Source: Pseudomonadales bacterium
Lineage (GTDB): Bacteria > Pseudomonadota > Gammaproteobacteria > Pseudomonadales > UBA7434
Direction: 5' to 3'
Assembly: GCA_965659815.1 (NCBI GenBank)
Contig: CBFHXO010000001.1
Coordinates: 73,368 to 137,367, forward strand
DNA length: 64,000 bases
In this document: positions 60,685 to 64,000 of the stretch, in pieces
How the letters are laid out: each line of letters starts with the position of its first letter
How positions within the stretch are numbered: the first letter of the stretch is position 1
Notes under the pieces: generated by a model
What the model saw: the letters and a program-made list of their open reading frames with translations, nothing else
The model's database searches: none
What the model was told of the DNA's origin: nothing
Position numbers and translations under genes: made by a program

Positions 60685-60768
60685 CGGCTTTTTTAATAGC
60701 GTCGATATAAGCATTACCAACAACAGAATTTAAATTAGTAACGAATATGTAGGTTTGAGGAATAGACA

Positions 60769-62313
60769 ATGCAACAGCTGAATCCCTCCGAGATTAGCGA
60801 GATTATCAAACAGCGAATTGACCAGCTGGACATTTCCAGCGAAGCGCGTAACGAAGGCACTGTAGTGTCGGTTACCGACGGTATTATTCGTATCCACGGT
60901 CTTGCCGATGCCATGTACGGTGAAATGATCGAGTTTGAAGGTGGCGTGTACGGTCTTGCGCTTAACCTCGAGCGCGACTCCGTTGGTGCGGTAATTTTGG
61001 GCGACTATAAAAGTATTGCTGAAGGGCAATCGTGTCGCTGTACTGGCCGTATTCTTGAAGTACCGGTTGGTAATGAATTATGTGGTCGCGTTGTTGATGC
61101 ACTGGGTAACCCTATTGACGGTAAAGGCCCGATCGAAGCCAAGCAAACCGACGCGATTGAAAAAGTAGCGCCAGGTGTAATTGCGCGTCAATCGGTAGAC
61201 CAACCTGTGCAAATCGGCCTGAAAGCCATTGACTCAATGGTACCTATTGGTCGAGGCCAGCGTGAATTAATTATCGGTGACCGCCAGATTGGTAAAACCG
61301 CGATTGCTGTTGATGCCATCATCAACCAAAAAGGCACAGGTATTAAATGTGTTTATGTGGCGATTGGCCAAAAAGCTTCTTCGGTTAACGCTGTGGTGCG
61401 TAAACTCGAAGAGCACGGCGCGATGGAGCACACCATTGTAGTTGCGGCTACTGCATCTGACCCAGCAGCAATGCAATACCTGGCACCGTTTGCCGGTTGC
61501 TCGATGGGTGAATATTTCCGTGACCGCGGCGAAGATGCCTTAATTATTTACGATGACCTTACCAAGCAAGCCTGGGCTTATCGTCAAATTTCATTGCTGT
61601 TGCGTCGTCCACCTGGTCGTGAAGCATACCCTGGTGACGTTTTCTACTTGCACTCACGCCTGTTAGAGCGTGCGGCACGCGTAAACGCAACTTACGTAGA
61701 GCAAATGACCAATGGCGAAGTGAAAGGCCAAACCGGTTCGTTAACGGCATTGCCAGTAATTGAAACACAGGCGGGTGACGTATCGGCATTCGTACCTACT
61801 AACGTAATTTCGATTACCGATGGCCAGATCTTCCTTGAGTCTGACCTGTTTAACGCCGGTGTACGCCCCGCGATGAACGCAGGTATTTCGGTATCGCGTG
61901 TAGGTGGTGCAGCACAAACCAAAATTATTAAAAAGCTGTCGGGCGGTATTCGTACGGCACTGGCTCAGTATCGTGAACTGGCGGCGTTCTCGCAGTTCGC
62001 CTCTGACCTTGACGATGCTACCAAAGCACAGCTTGATCACGGTGAACGTGTTACCGAGCTGATGAAGCAAAAGCAGTACTCGCCACAGTCAATTGCTGAA
62101 ATGGCGCTGTTAGTTTACGCAGCCGACAACGATTACCTGAACGACGTTAGCGTTGAGAAAATCGGCGCATTTGAAGAGGCGCTATTATCTTATGCTCATG
62201 CAGAGCACGGCGACCTGTTGGGTCAAATTGCCGATAGCGGTAACTGGGATGACGCCACTGAAACTGCGTTTAAATCGCTGTTAGATAATTTTAAAGCGAC
62301 GCAAACCTGGTAG
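60769..62313 (+). CDS. atpA: F0F1 ATP synthase subunit alpha
   Basis: Walker A GDRQIGKT and a highly conserved alpha-subunit sequence throughout. Confidence 0.98.
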   Translation: MQQLNPSEISEIIKQRIDQLDISSEARNEGTVVSVTDGIIRIHGLADAMYGEMIEFEGGVYGLALNLERDSVGAVILGDYKSIAEGQSCRCTGRILEVPVGNELCGRVVDALGNPIDGKGPIEAKQTDAIEKVAPGVIARQSVDQPVQIGLKAIDSMVPIGRGQRELIIGDRQIGKTAIAVDAIINQKGTGIKCVYVAIGQKASSVNAVVRKLEEHGAMEHTIVVAATASDPAAMQYLAPFAGCSMGEYFRDRGEDALIIYDDLTKQAWAYRQISLLLRRPPGREAYPGDVFYLHSRLLERAARVNATYVEQMTNGEVKGQTGSLTALPVIETQAGDVSAFVPTNVISITDGQIFLESDLFNAGVRPAMNAGISVSRVGGAAQTKIIKKLSGGIRTALAQYRELAAFSQFASDLDDATKAQLDHGERVTELMKQKQYSPQSIAEMALLVYAADNDYLNDVSVEKIGAFEEALLSYAHAEHGDLLGQIADSGNWDDATETAFKSLLDNFKATQTW

Positions 62314-62414
62314 AGAGTTTGGTAGTTATCATCAGTGGTTAACCATTGTGGTTAACAGCAACTGTTGACGACAGCTGTAAACAACAGATAAACGTTAGAG
62401 ACTAAGAGCACAAC

Positions 62415-63278
62415 ATGGCTAGCGGAAAAGAGATACGTACACAGATTGCCAGTATCACTAGTACTCAAAAGATTACTAGTGCAATGGAAATGGTGGCCGC
62501 CAGTAAAATGCGCAAGGCGCAAGACCGTATGGAAAAGGGCAAGCCCTATTCGCAAAAAATGAAATCGGTCATTAGTCACCTGGCAAACTCCACGCCGGAG
62601 TACCGCCATATTTTTATGGAAGAGCGAGACGTTAAACGCGTTGGCTACATTGTTGTCTCCACCGACCGTGGTCTATGTGGTGGTTTGAATATCAACTTGT
62701 TCAAGCAAGCCATTTTAGGTATGAAAGACAATGCCGAGCAAAATGTCGAAGTTGACTTATGCCTGGTAGGCGCCAAGGGTAGCGGGTTTTTCAACTCCTA
62801 TGGCGGTAACGTGGTGGCATCGGTTAGAGACCTGGGTGAAGACCCGGCTATTGCCGACTTAATTGGCAGCATTAAAGTCATGCTCGACGCCTTTGAAGAA
62901 GGCAAAATCGACAGACTGTATTTGGTTAATAACGAATTTGTAAACACCATGACTCAGCAACCACAGGTTGAGCAGTTACTGCCTTTAGGTGCTGCAACCG
63001 ATGAGTCAATGAAACATCACTGGGATTACATCTACGAGCCCGATGCCAAAGACTTGCTCGATGGCCTGTTGATTCGCTATGTCGAATCACTGGTTTATCA
63101 GGCGGTGGTAGAAAACGGTGCCTGTGAACAAGCAGCGCGAATGATTGCAATGAAATCGGCAACCGATAACGCCGGCGATCTTATCGATGACTTGCAGCTG
63201 GTTTACAACAAGGCGCGTCAGGCTTCGATTACCCAGGAGCTGTCAGAAATTGTGGGTGGTGCAGCAGCGATTAGCTAA
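62415..63278 (+). CDS. atpG: F0F1 ATP synthase subunit gamma
   Basis: N-terminal [37 protein letters not shown]-terminal [14 protein letters not shown]. Confidence 0.97.
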   Translation: MASGKEIRTQIASITSTQKITSAMEMVAASKMRKAQDRMEKGKPYSQKMKSVISHLANSTPEYRHIFMEERDVKRVGYIVVSTDRGLCGGLNINLFKQAILGMKDNAEQNVEVDLCLVGAKGSGFFNSYGGNVVASVRDLGEDPAIADLIGSIKVMLDAFEEGKIDRLYLVNNEFVNTMTQQPQVEQLLPLGAATDESMKHHWDYIYEPDAKDLLDGLLIRYVESLVYQAVVENGACEQAARMIAMKSATDNAGDLIDDLQLVYNKARQASITQELSEIVGGAAAIS

Positions 63279-63325
63279 TGCAGCCTAAAACGTTCAGTAT
63301 TTGAAGTAACAGATTAGACATTTAA

Positions 63326-64000
<675 letters not shown>

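Overview
This window is the origin-of-replication neighbourhood of a gammaproteobacterial chromosome, and its gene order matches my recollection of the Pseudomonas-type layout. All family calls rest on motif recognition in the translated ORFs, because no database search was possible.

Left to right, the window contains:
- oxyR (3' end only) and recG, then polA on the opposite strand, then a small secreted orphan gene.
- A complete aa3-type cytochrome c oxidase locus on the minus strand: coxB-coxA-ctaG-coxC, an opposite-strand DUF2909-like gene, SURF1, a Sco-like CxxxC protein, ctaA, ctaB and SCO, with an SNase-like nuclease appended.
- dinF, yheV-prlC and yrdA, followed by a secreted protein that resembles the TIGR03790 family.
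- aroE-hemF-tsaC-purE, two AhpD/CMD-like genes, dprA and a LysM protein.
- def-fmt-rsmB-trkA-trkH, glyQS and an acyltransferase.
- gyrB-recF-dnaN-dnaA, then a 764-bp oriC-type spacer.
- rpmH-rnpA-yidD-yidC-mnmE, a single inverted HNH endonuclease gene, mnmG-rsmG-parA-parB, and atpIBEFHAG plus the 5' part of atpD.

I added two genes missing from the ORF track by reading the sequence: rpmH (47248-47382) and the open-ended atpD (63344-64000). I saw no transposase, integrase, CRISPR array, tRNA or rRNA.

I did not find a convincing new multi-gene system; the window is overwhelmingly core genome. The leads most worth a second look are:
1. Three parS palindromes embedded in the recF reading frame, one of them over the recF start codon.
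2. The structured 388-bp polA/recG spacer, which has a sigmaE/AlgU-like promoter and an intrinsic terminator on the polA strand. This suggests a candidate sRNA at the Spot 42/ErsA syntenic position.
3. A lone HNH endonuclease inserted against the replication direction, next to a 657-bp AT-rich spacer carrying DnaA-box-like sequences upstream of mnmG.
4. A membrane-anchored Sco-like CxxxC protein and an SNase-like nuclease inside the cytochrome oxidase biogenesis operon.
5. An orphan purE plus a translationally coupled AhpD-like gene pair, inserted into the otherwise conserved dprA-tsaC synteny.
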